62,571 nt of DNA from Clostridium sp. CAG:451 (GCA_000438295.1 FR901052.1:1-62571), one strand, 5' to 3'. Numbered from the stretch's first letter, positions 1 through 9,766 are shown. A program made the numbers and translations. Notes: generated by a model not told the origin, from the sequence alone.

Positions 1-25
1 ATTTAAGATGACATAGAACTAAAAC
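1..25 (-). CRISPR. Partial leader-proximal repeat of a type II-A CRISPR array; the array body lies beyond the left window edge
   Basis: The minus strand reads 5'-GTTTTAGTTCTATGTCATCTTAAAT-3', with the typical II-A GTTTTAG start, directly downstream of csn2 and the leader. Plus-strand nt 1-17 are identical to 6029-6045, the tracrRNA anti-repeat. Confidence 0.8.
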
Positions 26-105
26 CTCAAATAGTTTTAATTCTATTACTACATTAATAGAGATATGTATTTCTTAAATGATAAATTCTATTTCATCTAT
101 AACTA
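26..105 (-). promoter_or_regulatory. CRISPR leader
   Basis: 80-nt AT-rich non-coding stretch between the csn2 stop (106) and the first repeat. On the minus strand it ends ...AACTATTTGAG directly against the repeat. From memory, ATTTGAG is a leader-end motif reported for one group of II-A leaders. Confidence 0.7.
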
Positions 106-783
106 TTATAGCATACTTTCTTCTAAACTTTGATCAATTATTATAACTTTTTCATAGTCGCCAAAATAATCATATTTAGAAGATTCTATCATTATTATTT
201 TTATTGAATTATAGGTTGCGTATTTATAAAACTCAATAACCTCCTCTTTAGTTAAAAATTGTTTCAAATTCATAAAACATAATATTTTATTGGAATTCAA
301 TGCAACCTCCAAATCAATTATTAAAAGTAAATTATCTAGTAAATCATCTTTTTGATTTACTTTTAGTTTAAACATTTTAATTACATTATCAATTCCTTCA
401 TCAGCAGAAACCGATATTGATAAATCCGTCTTTTGTAATTCTTTATCTATCAACTTACATAATTTAGAGAATGTTCTTAAAATATTCTCACTATCATATT
501 GTTCTATATTGGATAAAATATATTTAGTAATATCAGTTGAATATTTTTTAGAATCAAAGCCAAAGTCAAAATATTCAGAAAAGAATCTTATTTTGCCACT
601 TATCTTCAATTCATTGTTATCCTTGTCAAAGCATTGAATTTCTTCTGGTAAATCACTATTACTAATGCCATAAAACAATGAGGAAATTCTATATAAATAT
701 TTCTTGTTATGTATCTCAAACGAATATACATTTGAATTATCAAAATCTATTATTGAGTCAATAAAGTCTATTTTTATTTTCAT
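106..783 (-). CDS. csn2: Csn2 (type II-A adaptation protein)
   Basis: 225 aa, the last gene of cas9-cas1-cas2-csn2, overlapping cas2 by 4 nt. Length and C-terminal pattern (LCFMNLKQFLTKEEVIEFYKY...IIMIES) resemble canonical ~220-aa Csn2. Confidence 0.85.
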   Translation of the reverse strand: MKIKIDFIDSIIDFDNSNVYSFEIHNKKYLYRISSLFYGISNSDLPEEIQCFDKDNNELKISGKIRFFSEYFDFGFDSKKYSTDITKYILSNIEQYDSENILRTFSKLCKLIDKELQKTDLSISVSADEGIDNVIKMFKLKVNQKDDLLDNLLLIIDLEVALNSNKILCFMNLKQFLTKEEVIEFYKYATYNSIKIIMIESSKYDYFGDYEKVIIIDQSLEESML

Positions 784-1109
784 AATACTATTAATCTTTC
801 TTCACTATTTATTATTTTACTATTACTACTTCCTGTAATAAATTCTATTTGAGAATATTGTTTTTCAGTTATATTCATTACTTGTATTATACCTTTTTTA
901 GGTGCTTTCTTTCTTATTCTTTCGACTAAAGCATTTGATTGTTGAGAATTTAAAACAATTTTTGAGTACACTGATTCTTGCATCATTATAAAGCCTTCAT
1001 TAATTAGAAATTTTCTAAACATTAGATATGCTCTTTTATCTTTAGAATACACATTTGGAAGATCAAAAAATACAATAGTTCTCATAACTCTATCCCTCAT
1101 GATATACAA
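780..1109 (-). CDS. cas2: Cas2 endoribonuclease
   Basis: 109 aa. Contains MRTIVFFDLP...AYLMFRKFLINEGFIMMQESVYSKIVLN, which closely parallels type II Cas2. Overlaps the cas1 stop. Confidence 0.9.
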   Translation of the reverse strand: MYIMRDRVMRTIVFFDLPNVYSKDKRAYLMFRKFLINEGFIMMQESVYSKIVLNSQQSNALVERIRKKAPKKGIIQVMNITEKQYSQIEFITGSSNSKIINSEERLIVL

Positions 1110-1962
1110 ATTCCTTATAATTATCTAAATTATTTATTGACTCTAAAGTATTCTTTACAAACATTTTTATAATATCCTTCAACGTATGATTTTTGCCTTG
1201 ATATTTAAAAGTCCCATTCAGAATATTTACAATATCAAGTTTATATTCTGTATCAAGTTTTCTTTCTTGATTATAATAGACAAAATTATCAATTACTACT
1301 CTAAATGGTTCCATTAAATCACAAGTTAAATTAAACTCATTAAATTCATTTTTGTGATGGATTCCAAGTTGTGTTAAATATCCATTATTAATAATTTCTT
1401 TATTAATTGTTGAAAGGAAAATTGCATATCCATAGTTTAGTGCTGCATTTATAGTGTCATCTGAATTCCTAACAAAACCATTTCCAAATAATGCATTAAA
1501 ATAAACTTTAGCAGCATGCCCTTCTCTATTTGTTTTATCTCCATCAACTACTTCATCAATGTAGCTTAAAATTAATTTATATTTCGATGATTTAGTTTTC
1601 TTAAGCAGCAAAGCTTGATTCATAATTTTGTTTTTTACTATCTCTGCCCATATTTTATCTTTATCAGAAGCTTTCCATTTAATTTGTTCTTTAATCATTT
1701 TACTAGTATTATGTTTTGAGTAATATGGGACAACTTCACCAAATGGATTATGTTTTTCATCACAAAAAATTATGTTTATTTTATTATCAGCAAGCTCTTT
1801 TAAAAGATATGCAGAAATAGATACTGATATAGAATCTACTATTATTGTATCTATTTCTGATAAATGAATATATTTTTCATCATTTTCTTGTTTTACTACA
1901 AGAAATCTATTTTTATAAGTAATCTTAGATTGTCTTGTGATAACAACTGTTCTAAAACTCAT
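1090..1962 (-). CDS. cas1: Cas1 integrase
   Basis: 290 aa, lying between cas9 and cas2 with overlapping stops and starts. Type II Cas1-like sequence (e.g. NREGHAAKVYFNALFG, LNYGYAI). Confidence 0.92.
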   Translation of the reverse strand: MSFRTVVITRQSKITYKNRFLVVKQENDEKYIHLSEIDTIIVDSISVSISAYLLKELADNKINIIFCDEKHNPFGEVVPYYSKHNTSKMIKEQIKWKASDKDKIWAEIVKNKIMNQALLLKKTKSSKYKLILSYIDEVVDGDKTNREGHAAKVYFNALFGNGFVRNSDDTINAALNYGYAIFLSTINKEIINNGYLTQLGIHHKNEFNEFNLTCDLMEPFRVVIDNFVYYNQERKLDTEYKLDIVNILNGTFKYQGKNHTLKDIIKMFVKNTLESINNLDNYKEFVYHEG

Positions 1963-4900
1963 ATCTTGACTCTCTTATTCCTGTAACTGATTTTGAGATA
2001 ATTATTCCATCTGTTATATTATATCCACTCAAACGTCCCATTCTATCACCTAATCCAAATTCAGATAAATTAGCATTAACACTATTACAATGAAGCATTT
2101 TAAATAATTCTTTTGTTATTTTCTTTTGTTGATCTAAAGCTAAATCTTCAAAATTAACTTTATTTTTTATTTTATCTAATTCTTTATTAAATAATGGAAA
2201 TAAATCTAAATTAATTAGAAAATCATAAATTTCATTTACATATTTTTCTGCAAAATCAATATATTGTTTTTTATCATTCAATAAATATTGAAGTGCATAT
2301 TTCCAATGTTTCATTTTATCTTTAGCTATTTTCAATTGAATCGCATTTGAAATCTCACAATTCTTATGACCTATACTATATCCTTTTATGAAAACATTTT
2401 GATTATTATATATTATCTCTGTTTCAAAAGGAATAGAACATTTCTTTATTTTAAAAGTTGAATTTTTCTTCAAATTAATCTGTGTTTTAATATAATCATT
2501 AATCTCGGCATCGTTATTTCTTACAGCTAAAGCCATTGGAAGTCCAATAATTTTCATCTTACTTTCATTATATTCAATTAGCATTAATTTTCTTGCATTT
2601 GTATTTGAATAACCACCATATATATCAGTTGGCATACCAAATTTTATAGGAATAGTCCCTTTTCCTTTTTTATAAATGGTTTCTTTGTAAAATTGACCTG
2701 TTCTTATTTCAGTTTTTCTACTAATTAAAATATCATTTCTATACAAAGTATCTTCTACTCTTTTATTAAATTCATGAGCATCGAATAATACTTCACCTGT
2801 TTCGTTATCAACCAAGTTTTCTGATATTTTTAGAACTATATCATTTAAATTTTCATCTAAGCTATTAATTACATACCCAAATCTAAGATTTCTTCTTTTT
2901 CCTTCATCCATTTCAACAATTTTACTATTAAGTTCTTTTACCATATCAAAATTTATTTTTCGTTTCATAAATCTTTCTTTATATTCACCTAATACTGCTG
3001 CAAGATAAGCATCATGTGCATGATGATAATCATTTATATCTCTAAATTTAAATAGGTCATATTTTTCACGATAATTGTGTGATAAATCAGCTTTTAAATA
3101 AATGACATTAGTATCTTTATATAAATTATTCAAAATATTAGCCACATGTTTTGTAATTTGTCTTGTTTCTACTAATTGTCTATTGATAAATCCATTAATA
3201 TCTTCTTCATTGTATTTTTCTCTTATTAAATTATGGAATTTCTTTGCTGACATTAATCCATTATCTTTTAAATGTTTCCACCAAGTTTTTTGTTTAGAAT
3301 TTCTAAATTTTGAAGGTAAAACGTAACTTGCTTTTTTATCTTGATTACATTCTTTTAATACTAATGCTTTATTATCAATTGAGTCATCCTTTATTAATGA
3401 TCTTGGAATAATATGATCTATTTCATATAAAGACTGATTTTCTATATCTTCTATATTTAATGGGGTTCCAGTATATAGACATTTACCTTCTTGTATAAAG
3501 TATAAGAATAATCTTTGACTTGTTATCTCATGACTATCAAGTTCATGTTTTAATTTTTTATAATTTTCTATAGAATCTTTACATCCTTTATATAAATTAT
3601 TAATGTAGTCTTTTCTTGAATCTTTTCTTACTTTTTCTTCTTCACTTCTTGCCATTTCAATTGAAATATTCTTTGGTTCATATCCAATATAATCAACTAA
3701 CTCTTCTACAACCTTTAGAGCTTGATATATACCTCTTTTTGTTGCAGGAGATGTGGCTAATTCTTCAACTATTGAATAGTTTAATTTCTTATTTTCTTCT
3801 TTATTATTAAACTTCTTAATCATTTCTTGAAAATTGTATTTATCATCATTTATTATTTGCATAAAATTCTTATCTGTTTCATACATTAAATCTAATATTG
3901 ATTTATATAATTCTGTAGCTTTATCTTTATAATATTTAGTTTTTAAAAGTTTTTTAGATAGACTTCCCCAACCTGAATATTTCTTTGCTAAAACTTTTTT
4001 TATTTGATTCTCATTTAACTTACTATAATTATCTCTAACTTTCTTTTCTAAAATATCTTTATCTTCAAATATTGTAATCCATTCTATTATTTCTTCGGCA
4101 TTTTCAAGATTATAATCAGTATCAGCAAATATTCCATTTTCTCCAAAGAAATCTACATAAGATTGCATATTATTAGCAAACTTACCATCTGCAGAATATC
4201 CAGTTATTCTAAAATTGCCACCTTCCATACTATATTCACCAGTTGAAATTAAATAGTTTTTAAACTTTCTTTCTGTAATTGTACCTGATGTTTTCTTAAA
4301 AAAGTCTTCTAATATTTGCTGTTGAAATTTTAATTCTAACTTTCTGTCATTTACTCTTATTTGCTTTAATTCATTCATAACTTTAAACTCAGAATATAAA
4401 ATTGAGTTATTAGCAAGAGCATATTCATCTAATAAATATGTACAATGAGAAATCATTCTTTTAATAAACTTTTCTGCTGTTTTTTCTTTATCTACTACAT
4501 CATCAAAATTATATGGAGTTATCTTAACATTATTAATTTTTCTTTCTAGCCATGAGTTTTCACTTCTTTTTTCAGAAACTAATGGTCCAACATAATAAGG
4601 AATTCTAAATTCTAATAGTTTAACTATTTTATATGTTTTATTATCATTTAATTTATTTAACAAGAAGGGATAATATTTACCTTGATTTTCTATTATTTTT
4701 ATTAATTCTGATTTATTTAATTGATATGGATACTTACCATTATCTGTAGTTGTTATTCTAGGAAGAAAAGTACCATTTTCAATTCTTTCTTTTACTTCTA
4801 AATTGTATTCATCTAGTAAATTTTGTTTTATGTTTTCATCACTAAATAACGACTCTAATAACTTGTTAATTTCTTTTCTAAATTCATCACAATCTATCTT

Positions 4901-5983
4901 ATTAGTAATATACTTTTCATATAAACACAAATCTTTTTTAGTTCTAAATATTTCATTGTATAATTCACGATTATCTTTAAATAGTTCTTTTAAGAAATTT
5001 AGATCTTTCTTATGTTGCTCAAAACTTTTTACCATCAAACTAGAAATACTTGTATTTTTATTTCCTTTAAAAATCTTTTTTAAGAAAATACAATCATATA
5101 TTTGTTTTAAAATGTCTAATATTTCTATATTTTCTCCTAAAGCTTCCTGATATTCTTCATATTTATCATCATAGTCAGTACCACTAAAACTGATTTCAAT
5201 TTTATTATCAGTTTCTAACATTAATAGTTTATTAATATTACCTTTATTACCAACCATTAATTTACCAAATTCTGTTGCAGAACTTTTATTTGTTAGCTCA
5301 GTTAAATTATCTATCAATAATGCCTTAACATCATTTTTAGTATCTTTCAATAAGTCTGCTTCAAGTTCATCAAAGTCAATTATATTGATATAATCCTCTG
5401 GTATCTCTAACTCTTGAATATTATTTGAAAGTATTGAAAATAACTCATTTAACTTATCTTTTATATCTAAATTATCTATATTAAAGTTGGCATTTTGGTA
5501 CAAGAAGTTACCTCTATATTTTATGATATGATGAATTGCAAGATATACAAGTCTAATATCTTTCTTTTCAGGATTATTTATTAATTCATCTCTTAAATGA
5601 TATATAGTTTTATATTTATTTTGGTAATCTTTTAATTCTTGCTTTTCTTCTTTCGTTAAAACTATTTTTTTATTTATTTTATCATTCTCAACATATTTTG
5701 ATTCTTTTAATTTTTGAAAGAAATTTTTATCGACTTTATTTATTTCTTCACTAAATTCTTCCTGGAGTAATTTTATTCTTTCACGTCTTCTATCATATCT
5801 TCTTCTAGTACTTCTTTGCATTCTTCTTGATTCTGCCGTTGTTGCTTCTTCAAACAATCTAACTCCCCAAAGTGCTTTATTGCCTTTTCGCATTACTTTT
5901 TGATTATCCGTTTCAACGACACTCCAACCAACTGAAGTTGTTCCAATATCCAAACCAATATTATATTCTTTTTTTGTTGCCAT
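1952..5983 (-). CDS. cas9: Cas9 (type II-A effector nuclease)
   Basis: 1343 aa. RuvC-I motif IGLDIGTTSVGWSVV, HNH motif YEIDHIIPRSLIKDDSIDNKALV, Arg-rich bridge helix RRRYDRRRERI. SD GGAGG lies upstream of the ATG. Confidence 0.97.
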   Translation of the reverse strand: MATKKEYNIGLDIGTTSVGWSVVETDNQKVMRKGNKALWGVRLFEEATTAESRRMQRSTRRRYDRRRERIKLLQEEFSEEINKVDKNFFQKLKESKYVENDKINKKIVLTKEEKQELKDYQNKYKTIYHLRDELINNPEKKDIRLVYLAIHHIIKYRGNFLYQNANFNIDNLDIKDKLNELFSILSNNIQELEIPEDYINIIDFDELEADLLKDTKNDVKALLIDNLTELTNKSSATEFGKLMVGNKGNINKLLMLETDNKIEISFSGTDYDDKYEEYQEALGENIEILDILKQIYDCIFLKKIFKGNKNTSISSLMVKSFEQHKKDLNFLKELFKDNRELYNEIFRTKKDLCLYEKYITNKIDCDEFRKEINKLLESLFSDENIKQNLLDEYNLEVKERIENGTFLPRITTTDNGKYPYQLNKSELIKIIENQGKYYPFLLNKLNDNKTYKIVKLLEFRIPYYVGPLVSEKRSENSWLERKINNVKITPYNFDDVVDKEKTAEKFIKRMISHCTYLLDEYALANNSILYSEFKVMNELKQIRVNDRKLELKFQQQILEDFFKKTSGTITERKFKNYLISTGEYSMEGGNFRITGYSADGKFANNMQSYVDFFGENGIFADTDYNLENAEEIIEWITIFEDKDILEKKVRDNYSKLNENQIKKVLAKKYSGWGSLSKKLLKTKYYKDKATELYKSILDLMYETDKNFMQIINDDKYNFQEMIKKFNNKEENKKLNYSIVEELATSPATKRGIYQALKVVEELVDYIGYEPKNISIEMARSEEEKVRKDSRKDYINNLYKGCKDSIENYKKLKHELDSHEITSQRLFLYFIQEGKCLYTGTPLNIEDIENQSLYEIDHIIPRSLIKDDSIDNKALVLKECNQDKKASYVLPSKFRNSKQKTWWKHLKDNGLMSAKKFHNLIREKYNEEDINGFINRQLVETRQITKHVANILNNLYKDTNVIYLKADLSHNYREKYDLFKFRDINDYHHAHDAYLAAVLGEYKERFMKRKINFDMVKELNSKIVEMDEGKRRNLRFGYVINSLDENLNDIVLKISENLVDNETGEVLFDAHEFNKRVEDTLYRNDILISRKTEIRTGQFYKETIYKKGKGTIPIKFGMPTDIYGGYSNTNARKLMLIEYNESKMKIIGLPMALAVRNNDAEINDYIKTQINLKKNSTFKIKKCSIPFETEIIYNNQNVFIKGYSIGHKNCEISNAIQLKIAKDKMKHWKYALQYLLNDKKQYIDFAEKYVNEIYDFLINLDLFPLFNKELDKIKNKVNFEDLALDQQKKITKELFKMLHCNSVNANLSEFGLGDRMGRLSGYNITDGIIISKSVTGIRESRYEF

Positions 5984-6021
5984 TGACTTACCTCCTACAA
6001 TATGGTATTATCATATTATCT

Positions 6022-6110
6022 TAATACCATTTAAGATGACATAGAGAGTTAAAATAAAGGTTTTACCCTAAATACTCATTTATTTGAGAAACTGCTTAGG
6101 CAGTTTTTTT
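6022..6110 (+). ncRNA. tracrRNA (5' end uncertain)
   Basis: The anti-repeat 6029-6045 is the exact complement of repeat nt 9-25. It is followed by GAGTTAAAATAAAGG (compare Sp tracr AAGTTAAAATAAGG). Then come a nexus-like hairpin GGT-TTT-ACC (6059-6067), a hairpin CTCA-N6-TGAG (6075-6088) and a terminator CTGC-TTAG-GCAG plus T7 (6092-6110). Confidence 0.8.
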
Positions 6111-6163
6111 GTTAACTCTTAGTTTAATTTTAACATAGATATTTTAATTAGCAAATACTTTAG

Positions 6164-6193
6164 CAAAAATAAAAATACTCCACAAAGAGTATT
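6164..6193 (-). terminator. Intrinsic terminator after the nusB-xseAB-DUF1653 operon
   Basis: Hairpin AATACTC-N6-GAGTATT (6174-6193), followed by a T-run on the minus strand. Confidence 0.6.
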
Positions 6194-6199
6194 TTTTCA

Positions 6200-6466
6200 C
6201 TATGCTTTAAATTTATCTTTTACGCTTTTTACATCTACTAATTCAAATCTATATTTTTGTTTAACTTTAGGATATTTAATATGATCACCTTCACTTAAGA
6301 ACATTTCTATAGGTCTTACCCATAATGAACAGTCAGCATATAATCTACGATATACTACCATTTCTTTATGAGTTTCTGAGTCAAGAGCTATATCTTCCAC
6401 TAAATAATGGTCACCCTTAAAGTGTTTATAAATCCCATGTATTACTAATTTATTCACTAACTTCAC
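6200..6466 (-). CDS. DUF1653 family protein
   Basis: 88 aa. GIYKHFKGDHYLV...VVYRRLY pattern typical of DUF1653. Overlaps the xseB stop. Confidence 0.7.
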   Translation of the reverse strand: MKLVNKLVIHGIYKHFKGDHYLVEDIALDSETHKEMVVYRRLYADCSLWVRPIEMFLSEGDHIKYPKVKQKYRFELVDVKSVKDKFKA

Positions 6467-6683
6467 CCTTAAATTCTTTTAAAGTACCATCTTCACTTAC
6501 TATTTCTGTAAGAGCTTTTTCTGCATCTTTTAATTCTTTATCACAATCTTTTGCAAGATTCATTGCTTCTGTAAAACTTTTTATAGCATCATCTAAAGCG
6601 ATATCACCATTTTCTAAAGATTTAACAAGTACTTCTAATTCACTCATTTTCTCTTCAAACTTTTTTTCTTTCTTTTCCATCAT
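6450..6683 (-). CDS. xseB: Exodeoxyribonuclease VII small subunit
   Basis: 77 aa. FEEKMSELEVLVKSLENGDIALDDAIKSFTEAMNL is the XseB signature. Lies immediately downstream of xseA. Confidence 0.9.
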   Translation of the reverse strand: MMEKKEKKFEEKMSELEVLVKSLENGDIALDDAIKSFTEAMNLAKDCDKELKDAEKALTEIVSEDGTLKEFKGEVSE

Positions 6684-6691
6684 TTCACCTC

Positions 6692-7960
6692 TTATATAAT
6701 TGTAGCTTCAATACTACCATCTTTTAATTCTATTTCTATCTTATCACTACTTTTTAAGTCTTTCACACTTCCAATAGTTTTATTATTATGTTTAATAATA
6801 CTATAACCTCTATCTAAAGTTTTTAAAGGACTAAGAGCATCTAGTTTATTTATCAAAAGAAGATAATCATGCTTTTTCTTATCAAGGATAACTTGTGGTT
6901 TGCTAAAACATCTTTTAGTTAGTACTAAATTTAATCTAGCTTTCTTTCTATCTAATAAGTTTTTGTAACTAGTAACAAGTCTATCTTCTAAGTAATCTAA
7001 CTTCATGGTCTTACTAGCATATAAATCAATTGGATTATTTAAAATATAACTATCTTTTACTTTTAATAATCTTTTCTTTTTTAATTCAAGAATAGTATTA
7101 ATATTTTTAACACTACGAAGTTTTAACTGGTCAATATAGTTAATTACATCAGCTTTATTAGGTACAGCAAGCTCTGCAGCTCCTGTAGGCGTTGGTGCTC
7201 TAAGATCGGCTACAAAGTCAGCAATTGTAAAATCTATCTCATGACCAACAGCACTAATAACAGGAATAGAACAATCATATATTGCTCTTGCTACTACCTC
7301 TTCATTAAAAGCCCACAAGTCTTCGATAGAACCACCACCTCTACCTACTATTAAAACATCTAGATTATACTCTTCTGCTCTTTTTATTTGTCTTACAATG
7401 TCTTCTTTAGCATTCTCTCCTTGTACAAGAGCTGGAAATAAAATAACTTCTACTAAAGGAAACCTTCTATTAATAGTAGAAATAATATCTCTTATAGCAG
7501 CTCCAGTAGATGCTGTTATTACTCCTACTCTTTCCGGTATTCTAGGTATCTTCTTCTTATGGCTTTCCAAAAATAAGCCTTCACTAGCAAGTTTCTTTTT
7601 TAATTGTTCAAACGCTACATATAAGTTTCCTACTCCATCCTCAGTCATTTCATTTACATAAATTTGATAACCACCCGTTGCTTCATAAACTGATATTTTA
7701 CCTTTGACAAGTATTTTCATTCCATCTTCTGGAGTAAACTTAACACTTCTTGCACTAGATGCAAACATAACAGCGTTAATTCTACTGCTTTCATCTTTTA
7801 TAGTAAAATAAAAGTGCCCTCTAGTATGAGCCTTAAAGTTAGATATTTCTCCTTTTAAATACACTTCTTGTAAGTTAGTATCATTATCTATTTTATATTT
7901 AATATATCTAGTTAACTGAGTAACTGTTAAATACTCATTCTGCATCTTTATCCTCTTCAT
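6692..7960 (-). CDS. xseA: Exodeoxyribonuclease VII large subunit
   Basis: 422 aa. N-terminal OB fold (VYLKGEISNFKAHTRGHFYFTIKD) and catalytic region (GRGGGSIEDLWAFN). The true start may be the ATG at 7945. Confidence 0.92.
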   Translation of the reverse strand: MKRIKMQNEYLTVTQLTRYIKYKIDNDTNLQEVYLKGEISNFKAHTRGHFYFTIKDESSRINAVMFASSARSVKFTPEDGMKILVKGKISVYEATGGYQIYVNEMTEDGVGNLYVAFEQLKKKLASEGLFLESHKKKIPRIPERVGVITASTGAAIRDIISTINRRFPLVEVILFPALVQGENAKEDIVRQIKRAEEYNLDVLIVGRGGGSIEDLWAFNEEVVARAIYDCSIPVISAVGHEIDFTIADFVADLRAPTPTGAAELAVPNKADVINYIDQLKLRSVKNINTILELKKKRLLKVKDSYILNNPIDLYASKTMKLDYLEDRLVTSYKNLLDRKKARLNLVLTKRCFSKPQVILDKKKHDYLLLINKLDALSPLKTLDRGYSIIKHNNKTIGSVKDLKSSDKIEIELKDGSIEATII

Positions 7961-8348
7961 GATAAATCTTGTCTAAAACACCATTTAACATCTTTACAAC
8001 TGATTCTTCACTATATTTCTTAGATAACTTTATTGCTTCATCAATTACTACTTTCTTTGGTGTATCTGTATAGATAAGTTCATAAATAGCTATTTCAAAA
8101 ATTGCTTGATCTACCATATTTAATCTATTTATTTCCCAGTTAATTAAATATTTATTTGCCTTTTTATCTAATTCTTCTTTTTTAAGGATTACTTCATTTA
8201 CAATATTTTCAATAAACTCTTTATTATGTCCTTCAATATCCATAAACATTTCATCTAAATCATAACTAGCTTTTGCTTTTTCAAAGACAGATACTTGATA
8301 AAGAATCCTCATAGCCATCTCTCTTGCTCCACTACGTGTCTCTTCCAT
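7935..8348 (-). CDS. nusB: Transcription antitermination factor NusB
   Basis: 137 aa. AREMAMRILYQ...DQAIFEIAIYEL...VVIDEAIKLSKKY is NusB-like. Confidence 0.9.
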   Translation of the reverse strand: MEETRSGAREMAMRILYQVSVFEKAKASYDLDEMFMDIEGHNKEFIENIVNEVILKKEELDKKANKYLINWEINRLNMVDQAIFEIAIYELIYTDTPKKVVIDEAIKLSKKYSEESVVKMLNGVLDKIYHEEDKDAE

Positions 8349-8419
8349 TAATTATCACCTCACAACAACTTTATTATACTAAGAAAAAGACCTATTTACA
8401 AGCAAAAAAAAGAAGTGTT

Positions 8420-9766
8420 TTACTTCTTCTTAGAAAGTTCCACAATTCTATACCAAGTAACTGGATCTACTACTCCATTTACTGGTAATCCTTCTTGTTT
8501 TTGAATAGCTTTTACTGACTGTTCTGTTAAATCATCAAAGTTACCAGTTACTTTAATACCTGGTATAGAATGCGTTTTACTACAAATCATTAGTAAAAAT
8601 CTTTGAACTCTAATTACATTAGCACCAGTCATTCCCTTAGAAACTGTATAACCTGGGAAAAATTCATCTTGATAAATTAATAACTCACTAGGAATATTAC
8701 TTATTATATTACGATATGCAGTTATAATAGCTACCCAAGTCTTTTGATCTACTATCCCGTTTGGATCAAGTCCATTTTGTTTTTGAAAAGCAATTACCAT
8801 CTTTTCTGTATTCTCACTAAAGTCATGTCCTGTATCTAGGAAAGGAATATTAGGATCAAGATAAGCGATTATACTTATCAAATAGTTTAAGGTATCAACC
8901 TCATTACCACTATCGCCTTTCTTAAGTGAAGACTGAAAAGCAAGTTCTGCTTCATCTTCACTAATACCTTCTGAATATAGGCTTGCTACTTGTTTAACTG
9001 AGTTATAAATATATTTTATTTTATACCAAGTAGCTTTATCAACAATACCTGTTACAGGTAAGTTAAATATTTCTTGAAACTTTTTTACAGATGACTCCAT
9101 ATCTACTGTAAAAAATGGTGTTTCATTAGTAATTAAAGGAAGAGCTGGATAGTTTTTTCTAATTCTATTTAACTGAATCTTTAAAGTTCTTACATAGTTA
9201 CCTGCTGCTCCTAGTTTAATAGGTACACCTGGATAACTTACAATATTATCGGAAATTGGTGCATTGTAAATGAGTTTAATGTTATTACCATAATAGTATG
9301 ATAATATTTCTAACGGATTCAATCCTTCTTTTGCTAGTCTTACACTTCCCCACTGAGACAGTCCATCACAAGTTACTGTTTTACCATCGCAGTACTGAGC
9401 ATAAAGCGGTTGAACACTATCAGTTCTTGCCACATAGTTATTAAAAATATCATCTACTATTGTAACTATTGAATCATAGAACTGACTATGTTCTTTAAAT
9501 GTTTGGTCATATTTAGGATTACTTGTTATATCAAAGTCATAGCCTTGAGAAGGATACCATTCATTGTAAACCCGGTTTAGAGCAAAAGATATTTGAGCTA
9601 GTACATTAGCTTTTATTGCATCAGTTGGCCAAGTTGGATATATTTCATTAGAAGCAACGTTTTTAATGTACTCAGCAAAAGGAACAGTTATATTTTTAGC
9701 CTTTTCACTGGGGGAACCTAAATGAACAGTAATAGTTTCAGGTATTACCGGCGTATTAATTTCCAT
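8420..9766 (-). CDS. SleC-like spore cortex-lytic enzyme (catalytic part plus three peptidoglycan-binding repeats)
   Basis: The N-terminal half (PFAEYIKNVASNEIYPTWP...AQYCDG...QWGS) matches, from memory, the mature region of clostridial SleC. The C-terminal half has three PG_binding_1-like repeats (...LPVTGIVDKATWYKI etc.). Own strong SD GAGGGTG. Confidence 0.7.
   Translation of the reverse strand: MEINTPVIPETITVHLGSPSEKAKNITVPFAEYIKNVASNEIYPTWPTDAIKANVLAQISFALNRVYNEWYPSQGYDFDITSNPKYDQTFKEHSQFYDSIVTIVDDIFNNYVARTDSVQPLYAQYCDGKTVTCDGLSQWGSVRLAKEGLNPLEILSYYYGNNIKLIYNAPISDNIVSYPGVPIKLGAAGNYVRTLKIQLNRIRKNYPALPLITNETPFFTVDMESSVKKFQEIFNLPVTGIVDKATWYKIKYIYNSVKQVASLYSEGISEDEAELAFQSSLKKGDSGNEVDTLNYLISIIAYLDPNIPFLDTGHDFSENTEKMVIAFQKQNGLDPNGIVDQKTWVAIITAYRNIISNIPSELLIYQDEFFPGYTVSKGMTGANVIRVQRFLLMICSKTHSIPGIKVTGNFDDLTEQSVKAIQKQEGLPVNGVVDPVTWYRIVELSKKK

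Noticed and set aside
3102-5150. Three plus-strand ORFs (3102-3326, 3616-3810, 4803-5150) inside cas9
   Set aside because: They are antisense to a well-supported 1343-aa CDS. Their translations are low-complexity and Leu/Phe/Ser-rich, as expected from the reverse strand of an AT-rich gene, and they have no SD sequences.
7398-7661. 87-aa plus-strand ORF inside xseA
   Set aside because: It is antisense to xseA, has no RBS, and its composition is typical of shadow ORFs.
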